Part shown: one piece after another, positions 1-12,321 of the stretch | Layout: the number at the start of each line of letters is the position of its first letter | Position numbering within the stretch: position 1 is the first letter of the stretch | NCBI GenBank assembly: GCA_030704615.1 | Contig: CM060731.1 | Span: forward strand, 27,838,001 to 27,902,000 | DNA: 64,000 nt | Source: Takakia lepidozioides | Taxonomy: Eukaryota; Plantae; Bryophyta | Direction of reading: 5' to 3' | Translations under genes and position numbers: made by a program | The notes under the pieces: generated by a model | What the model saw: only the letters and a program-made list of their open reading frames with translations | Told to the model about the DNA's origin: nothing | The model's database searches: none

Positions 1-949
1 TGCAAAGATCTTTACTGCCACTTCTGATCCTCGTAATGAAAGCCTGGCGTCTATATTCCTAGCTAGAATATTGACAGTTATTAGTTAGCTGATAGTTAGA
101 TGGAGTCAGGCACCCTGGACCAGCAGGCGACTGCAGAAAAGGGGGCTTCAGCCTTCAAAGTTCAGCCACCGCAGCCTGTACTGCAAGGGATTGTCCCCGG
201 AAATTCTAATAGATAGAGAGAAACATACCCGTACTTCATAGTTATTTATGTAGTGAGAGAGAAGGATTACAGATCACCCACAAACTACAAAAGTCATAAT
301 GTTCTTCCACTTCAACAGCTGTACACCGTGATCACGAGCAACGTTCAGGAAATAATTTGAGTTGAACTAGTATGTGACCCCTCATTGCGAGCACCAACCG
401 GCCATAAGTGGGTTGGGGAGTCGATTGCTGCAAGGTCAATTTCGTAGGAAAATTTCGCAGGGTTTCAATTATCACTCTGAAATTCCTCGAGGGTAGCATG
501 TAACTGGCTGCCGGTTCTCCCCCATTCACGAGACTGCATGCAGACTCCTTGCTGATCATACACACGTCCTAAGACAGGAACCACAGCTTGCAATAGTGTT
601 TCAAATTTCCCGGGAGTTGGGATTTAAGAAACTGGGCATAATAGAATTTACCGGAAACTAGCTTGTTGGCTCTACATTGTATGACATATACTCCAAGGCC
701 TTTAAATCTGTATTTGAAACGTGCGGGTTCGCCTCTAGGCTCTTACTTGCATTTCCGAGTTTCTAACCAGCTCATTTACTTGCTCAATTGCCGCCCACAC
801 TATATGTAGCTTTCCTTGTGTTGTGCTGAGATTTGTGAAATGTGTTGATGCGAATATATCATTGCGATTGATCAGATTACTTTGTGACATAGGTGTATAT
901 TAAAGAATGAGGATTTTATCACGGATGCATGAGTGAAACTGAACCTAAA

Positions 950-2975
950 TCCTTCACTTGTAGCCCTCATCTTGCAGCAGCCGGTCCGTCTGATTTGGTG
1001 TATGAACACCTCCGTGACTGTCTCAATCCACATGACTCTGCTAGTGGGTTTTCCCAGCTATTTCAAGTTTGCTATTTCATTGCAATGAGCTGCTGCTTTC
1101 TACTTAAAGCATCGGCCACCACATTGTCCCGTCCCGGTTTATACTGGATATCCACGTCGAACAGTGCCAAAGTGTCTTGCCACCTAATTTGTTTTGGGGA
1201 CAACTTAGGCTGCGTGGCAAAATACTTCATCGTGACATTGTCCGTGAACACCTTCACCGGGTTGGAACCAAAATAGTGGCGCCAAAGCTCAAGGCAATGT
1301 ATACCTACCCCAGTAGCACATTTGCTTGGAGCAGCACGGCTCTTGGCCATGTCCAAGAACACAGGTGGGACTCGTCTTATTGCAGTGGTGGAGGTTCTGT
1401 ATCGTTTGGTTAGCCGCTCTATCTGCATCCAATTTCGGGAGGTCTTTTCTTCTCACTTTTCTCCACATCAGTTTGGGGTCGCTACTCCGGGAGGTTGTGA
1501 AGCGGTGGTGCATGGGATTCGGGCTTCCCTTGACCTTCATCCAGATTGGGTCGTCCTTTAGGTGGATGTGACCAACGCCTTCAACGCGGTGTCCAGATCA
1601 GCAATATTTCAAGAACTGCGATCAGCCGGCAGCGCATGCCATCAACTCATTCCCTTTGTGAGATTGTTTTATGTTTCCTCCACCCCTTTGTTTTACAGTC
1701 ATCAGACCTGTACCGGAGATCTTACTATAATCCAGTCCGAAGTAGGAACCCGTCAGGACGATCCATTAGGGGGACCTCTTTTTGCTTTTGCCCACTTCCG
1801 AGCCATTCACTCATCTGCGCAAGCCTTCCAATCCTGTATATTTCCTTCTGTTGCTGATGATACCCACATCACTGGCCCTCCCATTGATATCATTTTGGCT
1901 TTCCATCACTTTGCTAACCAACTTCACTCTCTTGGGCTCACTGTTCAACCTCGCAAATCCACAGTTTGGTCACCCTCTTGTGCCTCCTGTCGACTTTCTA
2001 ACACCATCTGAGGGTATTCGAGTGTTAGGTGTTCCATTTGGTACTACCCCTTACACAACATCTTTCCTCCAAGACGATTTGTTGCAGGATACAAGCCAAA
2101 TAGAGCTTCTTCCCAAACTAGGCGATATGCGGGTAGCCCATGGCATTCTCACTAAATGCTTTTTACAGCGACCTTCTTATCTTTTGCATTGTTTCCCCCC
2201 CACTCCCCAGTTTGTGGAGCTTTTGTATTCTTTTGATACGACTGTTAGGGGGATTTTTGGTCGTTTATTAGACCCAAGTGCATTTGTGAGCAGGGGCCCT
2301 TGGCATGTCATCAGGCTACCCTCCCGATCTCTTATGGAGGAGTGGGTTTACTATCCACAGTCGTCACTGCCCCTGCTGCCTTCCTAGGTAATTGGGCTTA
2401 GTCGCGCTAGCCTTGGCATCTCGGTTTCTGTGTCAGCAACGCCCTTTTCTCACGGAGTTGATTGCCCACATCGACGATGGCTCTTTGTCCTTCCAACAAC
2501 ATCTTCGTTCAGCGCGGGATCTCATCCCAACACTAGCACGGGTTTGTCTGCCACCCTTTGAACAGTTGGTCACTCGAGGTCTGGAGCATTTACATGATAC
2601 CATCATGGAACGCGTGCACCGACACTCATTTGCCAGCATGCTTTCCAACGCTCCTTCAGATACACATCGGGCCAGACTTCTCTCGTGCGCAGGGCCTGAA
2701 GTAGGCGCGTGGCTCACGGTACGACCAACCATTGCACCCTTCCGTATGTCTTTTGCTGTATTTACCACCTCCCTACGAGTTCGACTGGGTCTTCCGCATC
2801 CCTCTGTGTGAGGACTACAACAGTGTGTTTGTCGCCATCCTCTCGATTCACATGGTGTACATCTTCTTCATTGCCCCTGCGGTGGAGAACGCACAGCGAC
2901 CCATGACGTCGTCCGGGATGCAGCAGCTGCGGTTGCTCGTGATGCTAGGATACGTGTCATTCGAGAGCAGGTGCA
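950..2975 (+). mobile_element. Decayed non-LTR retrotransposon RT ORF (CRE-like), with stops and frameshifts
   Basis: Successive frames give PHQFGVATPGGCEAVVH, D.TNAFNAVSR, GTRQDDPLGGPLFA, ADDTHI, GIRVLGVPFG, ARLLSCAGPEVGAWL, RLGLPHP and a C-terminal Cys/His region (HLLHCPCGGERTATHD.VRD). Confidence 0.8.
1085..1300 (-). mobile_element. Ty3/Gypsy RNase H fragment inserted into the non-LTR RT
   Basis: HCLELWRHYF..VKVFTDN...KQIRWQDTLALFDVDIQYKPGRDNVVADALSR on the minus strand, interrupting the plus-strand RT frame. Confidence 0.8.
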
Positions 2976-4265
2976 CATATAGGTGCACTTGAACTCAAAA
3001 ATTCTTGTGATCATACACCCTTCAGCTGAATTGCACAGAGTAGGAGAAGCGGCGAAAAGATACGAGGAAAGCAAAACGAGAATCACCGACTAACATTGCT
3101 AAGGCTCACCATATTTGGCATGCCTCTTATAATCCCTATCTTGTGAGGTGTACATCCATCCCTTGAGCACACAGCTGACAACAGAATAGCCCCAGCCTGT
3201 ATCTCCCTCTCCTCCTCTCTCTCTCTCTCTCTTGCTTCCTACCAATTGCAATCCAGGTTTCAGGGAGAAATATCGCCAAGCAAAAGTTGTAAGTAGCACA
3301 CATGTCACCACATCATGGAGAGCTTTACAGCCCCGAATATATGGCTGAATACATGCAGTCATTCTGTCTACATGTTACTTTTTTCTACTCCAAACCGGTT
3401 AAGATTTATCTAGGGCAGACTTCATTTCTGGAGTTCTATAAAGAGAATCCATACTGATAGATTGTCCTCGTATATATTGTCCTGAAGAGCATCATGATTG
3501 GTATGGAGTGAAGAACCTATTCAATATAGGTGGCAGCACCAAGCTACAGGATTTGTGGCAACTGTTGCTAAGCAACTTGCACCAAGTAGCAACTGTTTCT
3601 TAGTGACCCACCACCACGACAGATTTCCCGAGTACACCAAGGAGATGGTGGGCTACCTACCTCCGAGAAGGGAGGGCCACATACAAAGAGAATGTGACAG
3701 AAGGCACTGACAATGTGCCCCGAGCTTTAGTGGCTGTGCTGAAGGGTGAAAACATTGGCTAAGCTGTTGTTCACTTGGCAGATCCATTGATGCATTTTCC
3801 AATGCTACACTGTCAGTTCTGCTGGAGACAGTGGCGCTCTGCAGAGAGCATCTTTGAGACTGGGATGCATATCGGAGTACATCTGCAAGTTCAAATCAAT
3901 ATACTTTTTGTGTACATAGGCCAACTCTATTGTAAATACAACGGAGTTTCAAGTTTCAATCTCTTGTTATGGTAATGAACCAGGAACAAACTCATTTAGA
4001 GGTAAAATATAAAACACTAAAAGCACCCTTGGAGAAGGTATGAGAGTTCACATGATGAACACCTGTGCATGAGAACAGGAAGTTGTGGGAGGCCATATGG
4101 GAGAAATAACAGGCTCCCGGCCAGCAGAGTATTCTCCATGCAGCCTGACACTGCAACAACTGTCTTGTTGATAAACCCTGCACATAGCCTGTCCCGCTGC
4201 TTGCACTCACCACAATATGGGATAGTTGCCGATGTGGAGATGTCCAAGGTTCTCTTGTGATGTCC

Positions 4266-5208
4266 TACCCTTGTGATGTCCTACCAGAAGACTTGGAGTA
4301 ATTTCAGTCTTGAGACATGTGATCTTTGAGGAAACTGTACTAATCTCCTTGCTTTGCAAAGTGATCAGTCCAGATATGCTACTAAGTCCTCATATTCAAA
4401 TCTAGAGTGGACTCCTTGTCACTTCTTAGGTCTGGTGCTATCTTTACTTCTCTGTTGAAATGACATGGATAACAACTGTGAAGGGGCTCTGAAGCCTGGC
4501 ATTCCTCATTTTACCACTAACTTTGTTTATTATAATTCTGATGGAATGGTGCCAGGTGAAAGTAGAAAGGTGTAGCCATATCTTACTTTGAAGAAGCTGA
4601 TGAGAACTCTCTCTCCAGCAAGAAAAACGAACTTACTAAAGGAAGAGACATACTACCCTCATAATAAGAGCCACATACTCTGAACGAAGTCCACTTGCAC
4701 ACAGGTACTGAACAGCTTTAAGGAATTGAACATAGTAAGGAAACGAGGCACAGGCGACCAACCAAGATAACCAAGCTCACGCATTTGGGGCAGGCATGGC
4801 GGCTGATCATGCTCCTGCCACTCTCCATCATCAGCACGCACATTTGACTCCAAATAGATCCATGATTGGTATTAAGATTCAAGGCAACCAACTAAAACTG
4901 GAGAAGAGGAAAACGATCAAAGAAGCATAACCCCATGCCTAATGATTGGCGAGTCTCAGCATGTACCAGGTAAATTCAAAGTACCAAAGTGAAACCATGC
5001 CATTTGGTCTATGCAGTGCAACCTCAGCATTTCAGCATTTCAGCATCTCATGGATGCTTACTGTGTAACATTAGCGGAACAACCTTCGTAGTAATACAAC
5101 CAGATTAAACAGCATTCTCTGGACATGTGAGATTGCGCTTTTTCCTTTCTCCATAAATCCTTCTACAGCCTTACCCATTGTCACCAGGGTATTGAGAAGA
5201 GAGAGATG
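4266..5208. repeat. Left arm of ~0.95-kb inverted duplication (partner 9401-10580)
   Basis: Co-linear reverse-complement match, e.g. 4300-4400 vs 10450-10560 and 5070-5205 vs 9401-9535. Confidence 0.9.
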
Positions 5209-5302
5209 AGGGGACTTGGGTTAAGAGAATTCATGAAGCAGGGCTCAAATTCTGAAGTCAATGGTTTAGAGTTGGAGTTAGTCAATGGCCTCAGTGGTTA
5301 TG

Positions 5303-6709
5303 TCACAGGTCAAGAACCTGACAAGTGACCAACTCCACCGAGCCGAAACTCCCCCTTGCAATGCTTTTCCAGCCCAATTCAGCTTCACCACCTTCAGGCG
5401 TAGAAGGTGGCAGATTGCTGTTGCTGTTCTCACCCAGTTCTGCCCTTAGTACTGCCACGTTGTCATTGATGTCCTTGGTTATCACATGGAGCTTACCGCC
5501 AAATCCCGCCAACAGGTAGGGTGATTCTGAATCCGTCAGGTCCAACAGAATGGGGACCTTCCTCAGCACAACCTTCCAGGCATCTTGCTCAGAGTCGTAC
5601 ACCTTGATCTTGCTGCCATCCATGGAGCTTGTGGGGTCTAGGGCATACAAGCGACCATTGACGACCACGCTCAATTTTGTGCCAGCTTGTCGGGCGGGCC
5701 AATCTTCCCCCATTCCTTGGGGCATCTCTACCCACTGCTGTTGTAGCGGATCATAAACCTCACCCCCCACATCCACAAAGAAAGGCCAAGAGTAGAGACT
5801 CTGAGGGACACACAACCGACCCTTGAATGCTGCCATCCCCGTGGCAATTGGCTTCAACATGTCAGCCAGGAAGGCCGTGGGAAGAACCTGGGCTCGTTTG
5901 AAAGGCATGCTTGTAATTGGTGTCCAGGAGTCGCTTGCTGGCTCGTACACTTCCGCGGATTGCAACGGGGTCAAGCCGCCACGCCCTCGGTCCACACCCC
6001 CCACAGCATAGAGTTTGTCGTCCAACACGCCTGTCTTGCAATAAGCCCTTGCCGTGGCCATGGCTGCAGCCTCGCTCCAAGCATTCGTTCTCGAATCATA
6101 CCGCCACACACACCTCATGGCGCACGCTCTCGAAAATCCCCCCAGCACATACAGGCATCCGTCAATGGCACCCGCCGAGCAACCACAGAATGGCGTCCTA
6201 TCCAAGCTCCCTTTTCGCCTGAACCACCCCCTGAACAGCCCAGAGATCCGCAACCCCCGTGACGGTCCAACAGGGGTCCACCACCCCCAGGCTTTATCTT
6301 GCGCTTCCGGCTCTCGATTGATCATCTCTGGCATCGCCGGCAGCCTCCGCCATTTCCCATCCAAAGGATCCAGCGCATGCCATGTCAACCTCTCCTCCTC
6401 GTCCTTCATCAACACATACAGCCATTCTTCCGTCAACGCTAGCTCCCTCCTCAACTCAAAAATCTCCGCAGTTGCAAGCACCTCCTGCCATGACTTACAC
6501 ACACATCTCAACAGCGAGTGCGACCCCCGTGGCACCCTTGCCAAAATCTGCAGAGAAATCTCTTCCGGAAGCCCTGGAATCAGCACCGGCCTTTGGTCCA
6601 CATCCCCCACGTCCACCGCCACTCTCTGCCTCTTGCTCGACTCTCCCTGCGGCCTCTCCTCCTCCTCCTCCAACCTCCTGCACCTCGCAAAGCTCAAAAT
6701 CGCCCCCAT
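5303..6709 (-). CDS. F-box/kelch-repeat protein (intronless ORF)
   Basis: F-box LIPGLPEEISLQILARVPR...CVCKSW; kelch repeats with GG motifs (LYVLGG, LYAVGG, AEVYEP..SW). The ORF is uninterrupted; the probable ATG is MGAILS (~6709). Confidence 0.93.
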   Translation of the reverse strand: MGAILSFARCRRLEEEEERPQGESSKRQRVAVDVGDVDQRPVLIPGLPEEISLQILARVPRGSHSLLRCVCKSWQEVLATAEIFELRRELALTEEWLYVLMKDEEERLTWHALDPLDGKWRRLPAMPEMINREPEAQDKAWGWWTPVGPSRGLRISGLFRGWFRRKGSLDRTPFCGCSAGAIDGCLYVLGGFSRACAMRCVWRYDSRTNAWSEAAAMATARAYCKTGVLDDKLYAVGGVDRGRGGLTPLQSAEVYEPASDSWTPITSMPFKRAQVLPTAFLADMLKPIATGMAAFKGRLCVPQSLYSWPFFVDVGGEVYDPLQQQWVEMPQGMGEDWPARQAGTKLSVVVNGRLYALDPTSSMDGSKIKVYDSEQDAWKVVLRKVPILLDLTDSESPYLLAGFGGKLHVITKDINDNVAVLRAELGENSNSNLPPSTPEGGEAELGWKSIARGSFGSVELVTCQVLDL

Positions 6710-8174
6710 CGCCTCCAGCCACATCAAATCCTGCGCTCATCCCTTCCAATCCTTCGCATTCTCCTGCTCCCTCACTCCATCTCTCTTCCTCTTCCTCTTC
6801 CCCCTCGTCTCTCTCTCTCTCTCTCCCTTTGTCTCTGTCTGTGGTCGTGGTCGTCGATACAAAGCAGAATCCCTGCACAGAATAATGAGCTGACGATGAA
6901 CAGAGTTGGTCCGTTGATGAATGAATGTGCCATTTAATCCTCTAACTACTTCTATATTTGCTCCTTTCCACTGTATAAAACTCTTTTCTCTTCCCTCTAC
7001 CCGCTGCCCGTAAGTCGTTCATCAACGAAGTCCCGCGACGTCGTCCGTCCGAAAAGGAATATATAGACAGACATCATCCGTTTAGATTCTACCGTAGTTC
7101 ATCCAGTCAACGACAGACTAAAGTACTTTATGCCCCCCGGAACGAATAAAGTTTGCAGTGCGTTTAATAGTATTTATTGCATAGATGACGATTTTTATCC
7201 TGTGAAATTTCCAAATTGTCGTCTGGGCACAACCTGTGGTCGAATATAGCATATAATATGCGTGTGTGTATATATAGCTGGGGGATGAGAATATGTGGAC
7301 TTCACCGTAGCTGCCGTATTTGAACACACAACTACTTAGGCTACAACCACGTGTCACAGGCAGTGCGGTCAAAGTCTTCCCAGGATGTTGCGCACTTGTA
7401 AAATTTAGAGAGATGTGCGGGAACACGTGGCATGTTTGCCTCCAGCCACACACGTCAATGCAGGTAATGTGGATTTGGACGAATGAGGATTGGATGGATG
7501 TTTTCGGCCGTCCGTGCTTTGCTCTATTCTTTAGTAAGTCACCGATAGAGGGAATTTAGGGGGGAGTAATTGGAGCAACCTGCATGGGGGTTGTTGTGAG
7601 CGTAGATAGACCCGGGGATGGTTCATCGGCCTGTCGGAGGGAAGCATCTCTAGATGCGGGGCTGATTGGGGTTTGCTTTCGTGTTTGATTAGGGTAGCGT
7701 GTGTGGGAGCAGAGGCTGATGATCTCGTGGTGCATGGGGCAATCAGGACTGGTTGGTAGGTAGGTAGGCAGCTTTCCATTTTCAAGCACATGCCTGCGGG
7801 TGATGCGTGAAAGATGGGAATAATGGAGGCTACATAACTTAGAGTGTGGACAGGATTTCAGTCATGCGGAGCGCGGTTGTGGAGCCCGACAAGCCTTCTG
7901 ATGAGATTCTGATGAGGAGGATGAGCGAGTGTTATTTGGACGGAAAGCTAAGGTTCTGGAGACTAATGCTGCTGCTATGACACAGTTTACGACAAAAGTG
8001 TGCTCTGGCGATGACTCTGCATATTTCTACAATCTATGGTTTTCAATTGAGTATCCATGGCGTTGAACCCCACCTCCAGGTAAACTACAATGCGGTCGTT
8101 CTGGTGCCCTTGGTGGAGCTGACGACAATGTCATGCCCATCAATGATACTACGTTTCCAAACGCCCAGTATGAA

Positions 8175-8378
8175 TTTCCAAACGCCCAGTATGACATTGT
8201 GCTCGTTTAATGGCTGTATGTTGCAGAAGGATCCATTGGGATAACTATGGGCGTGTGGCAAACAACCAGACGTTTCCAAACGCCCAGGATGACATTGTGC
8301 TCGTTTAATGGCTGTATGTTGCAGAAGGATCCATTGGGATAACTATGGGCGTGTGGCAAACAACCAGACGTTTCCAAA
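8175..8378 (+). repeat. 98-bp tandem duplication at the 5' end of the GH17 pseudogene
   Basis: tttccaaacgccc...gtggcaaacaaccagacg repeats at 8175 and 8273. Confidence 0.85.
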
Positions 8379-9320
8379 CACGGGGGTCTCTTTGGTCGTC
8401 TGCGTTCGAAACGATGCAATTATATCCCTTGCACAAAGTGAACAAACCGCTCGGCGCTGGCTCGGAAGAAATATCGTCCGACATGTCCGTGCGACACGCA
8501 TCACTACCATAGCCGTGGGGAACGAGGTAATTCATCAGTATTACAGAGGAGGGTTTGGTTTGTCACGACCTCCTTTAGGTTTCCATCACTACCAGGGTCA
8601 GAAGTGTATCTGTTGTTGAGCACTTCGAAGATGTGCCATATGCAGAAGCTTTTTGCAATCTTGCTGACAATTAGAAGTATGGGCATTATGCCAGTTGTCT
8701 GTGCCTGCATTAGAGAGTGTGATCTGACATTCTTCCATGTCTTCTCAGGTGCTCTCAGGTGATGCAAGTGTGTGGCCTGCACTTGTGCCAGCCATGTGGA
8801 ACTTGCACAGTGCACTTAAGTATTACGAGCTTGACAAGAGTATTAAGATATCAACACCAAACTCCATGGGTGTGCTGGCTGTCTCATATCCACCGTCAGC
8901 AAGAGTCTTCAACAGTGCCATAGCCAGCTCTATCACATCCTATGTTGGATTTCCTTACCGAAACTGGTCCTTCTTCATGCTCAATGTGTACCCCTTCTTT
9001 CCCTACATGGCGGATGGAGGCAAAAACATCCCCCTTAACTATGCCCTTGCTGAAGCTGGTGCCACTGGAGTTAATGATTCCACCACAGGCCTTCACTACT
9101 CCAACTTGTTTGATGCAATGGTGGATGCAGCAATATCTGCAATGCACTCTCTTAACCACAGTAAGGTGCCCATTGTTGTTAGTGAGACTGGGTGGCCAAC
9201 CAAAGGGGATCCTGCTGAGTTGGGAGCTGGCATCTCAAATGCTGCTACATATGTCAGTAGCATTGTGAAACACAACGATCCAAGCCACCCTGTCGGAACA
9301 CCCATGAGGCCTTGGGTTTC
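8230..9320 (+). pseudogene. Glucan endo-1,3-beta-glucosidase (GH17) pseudogene
   Basis: NYGRVANN, ITTIAVGNEV, an intron, KISTPNSMGVL..SYPPS, NVYPFF, YSNLFDAMVDA, IVVSETGWP, GTPMRP. It has an internal deletion, frameshifts and a 3' truncation. Confidence 0.85.
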
Positions 9321-9400
9321 ATCTCTCTTCTCAATACCGCTCAAACTGGGCGCGGGGTCAATGGCCACAAGGCTACGGCAAACAACGTCTTATGAGTACA

Positions 9401-10580
9401 ATCTCTCTTCTCAATACCCTGGTGACAGTGGGTAAGGCTGTAGAAAGATTTATGGAGGAAGGAAAAGCCGCAATCTCACATGTCCAGAGAATGATGTTTA
9501 ATCTGGTTGTATTACTATGAAGGTTGTTCAGCTAATGTACACATTAAGCTTAAACCACATCCATGATATGCTGAAAGGCTGAGGTTGCACTGCAAAGACC
9601 AAATGGCATGGTTTCACTTCGGTACTTTGAATTTACCTGGTACATGCTGATTGCCCCTGGGAACCGGCACGGTGCTTTAACCGTGGGTCCTACAGCCATG
9701 CCCTTAAGGAGTACCCGAGACCTTGTGAGAGTGATGTCATCAACGGTGCTCACGGCAACTATGCTATCAAGAAGGGGTCACTGTCAGTTGCTCCCATTGC
9801 CTCCAGATACTACCAGAGCACCTGAGGAGGCAATTTTGATGATATAAACTGTGGCGTTTTGGGCAGTGAGACTCGCCAATCATTAGGCATGGGGGTATGC
9901 TTCTTTCATCTTTTCCCTCTTCACCAGCTTTAGCTGGTTGCCTTGAAGCTTAATACCAATCAAGGATCTATTTGGAGGAAATGTGTGTGCTGATGATGGA
10001 GAGTGGCAGGAGCACGATCAGCCGCCATGGTTGCCCCAAATGCGTGAGCTTGGTTATCTTGGTTGGTTGCCTGTGCCTCGTTTCCGTACTATGTTCAATT
10101 CCTGAAAGCTGTTCAGTACCTGTGTGCAAGTGAACGTCTTTCGAGTATGTGGCTCTTATTATGAGGGTAGTATTTGTCTTCCATTGGTAAGTTTGTATCT
10201 CTTGCTGGAGAGAGAGTTCTCATCAGCTTCTTCAAAGTAAGATATGGCTACACCTTTCTACTTTCACCTGGCACCATTCATCAGAATTATAATAAGCAAA
10301 GTTAGTGGTAAAATGAGGAAGAAGGCCTGGCTTCAGAGCTCCTTCGCAGTTGTTATCCATGTCATTTCAAAACTGCTCGAGGTGTTAAGGTACAGAGAAG
10401 TAAAGATAGCACCAGACCTAAGAAGTGACAAGGGGTCCACTCTAGATAAGAATATGAGGACTTAGTAGCATATCTGGACTGATCTTTGCAAAGCAAGGAG
10501 ATTAGGACAGTTTCCTCAAAGATCACATGTCTCAAGACTGAAGTTACTCCAAGACCTCTGGTAGGACATCAGAAGGGTAG
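9401..10580. repeat. Right arm of the inverted duplication, with an extra ~215-bp segment (9651-9866)
   Basis: Reverse complement of 4266-5208; includes an RT-like relic MPFGLCSATSAFQHIMD on the minus strand. Confidence 0.88.
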
Positions 10581-12321
10581 ATCACTTTCATCTAATACTT
10601 CCTTGTACGATTCTGCCTAGGAAGCCGTTGCTTCATGCAACAGATGATTTCCACCTTCTTTACAAAGTACTCTGTAGCGAAACTACACAAGGCTGTGGCA
10701 AACATCATCTTATGAGTACATTCTGTAGCAAAACTTACACATACAGCTTGGAGACCCATGAAAAGTGTAGGACCCTCACCTGCGCTCACCCCAAAAACCA
10801 ACACATCCAACAGAATGCCTGTTAGTGAGGATGCGTAATGTGAGTGGCAGGTCTTCATGCTTGCTATTGCCATCCAACATGCAGATCTAAGCAAGTGAGA
10901 GATTGCTAGAGTAAAGAGTAAAGGTGTGTTTGTGGACAGAACGTGTAAGCTTGAGATAGACCTGCTTGAGTCCTTGTGCATATCCACAGCAAGCAATTGC
11001 AAAAAACAGATAAAGGCTGAGAGCCACTTCCCGTTTGTGTGAAAAAGGAAGTCGTGGCTCCTCTATATGCGTAGGAAGCTCGACCAACATAATTAAAGCA
11101 GGGCTGCGCTTTAGCCTTGACAACTACAGCCCTTGAAGGCCAACCTAAGTCTTTGGCCGCACTGTGCGATTTAGCTGTGGCTACATCTATCAATCTGCCG
11201 CACTACAGCTTTTAGCCATGGCTAAATCTTAGCGACAGCTAAAATTTGCTAACTAGGTATCCCATTTGACCCATGCCCATCCCCCCCCCCCCCCTTTTAA
11301 TCTTGTAGAGAGAGACTCAAGGGGACCTTACACCGTGTCAAGGCGCTGATTGGTGTGAGAGAGTACAAGCCAAGTAGGCAAATTTGGGCCCTTGATAAAA
11401 TGAAGGGTACTTAGATTGAAAGCGTATGGCTAAGGGTTACTTTATCCCTTGGCAAGGGTAGAGTGTGAGAGCATGCTCTACTTAAGTATGCATTGCGTTG
11501 GGCGGCACACTGAAGGAAGACTTGGGAGCAGGTAAAAAGGCGGGCCATCACAACATTATTCCCACGCAGGGCCCTTCCCAACGCAGGATCCAATGTGTGC
11601 CACGCTACCTTGGATCCGGCATTCGCATCAGCCCTCAGTGGGAATAATGTCCACGCTGCTTTTGACACCAACTTCTGCGGGGGCGGCACCAAGAAGACAA
11701 CAATCTCCAAAATAGTGCCCTGCATACCATTTTGCAAGCTATGTATATGGTAGTGGATTGTCACACCAATAAGCTATGACCACTATACACAATACAACAC
11801 ACCCAGAGATGCAAGATGTGAAGAAATGATTGCAGGGCACCAAGATTTTGGGATGTGATCGTTCTTTTCTTTTCTTTCCTTCTTTGTCATTCCCTTTTTC
11901 TCCACTTATTCCTGTTGGGGTCTGAAGGCAAGCAATTATTACCTAGTACCTACCTTGGGGTTTTCTCCTCGGTCTACTATGTCCCATAGCTCCCATGCTC
12001 ATTCATTCTCTTCTCTGTTCTATTGCATGCCATGGGCCTTCCTGGGATGTATATTACCTGGGACCTTTTTTTCGCAGGGCACAGCGAGCTAAGCTGTGTA
12101 CTAGTTTGGGTTGTAAGTAAGAAGGTCTGCTGTGCTTCTGTAACTGAAGTCACAAATCAAGACAGCTTTAGTGCTCTGAACATCGTCTCCTTCCACGAGT
12201 GTCCATCACCAAATTGACCTTGGATTATTCCGTGAAAAAGTTGAACACTGCATCTGACTTGGCGTGAGGGGAAGTTTGATTGTCTCATGGTTGTCTCATT
12301 CCCCTCAGAATTTGGGCGAAC

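Noticed and set aside
6054-6937. Long plus-strand ORFs opposite the F-box gene
   Set aside because: Antisense shadows with low-complexity CT tracts and no recognisable domain.
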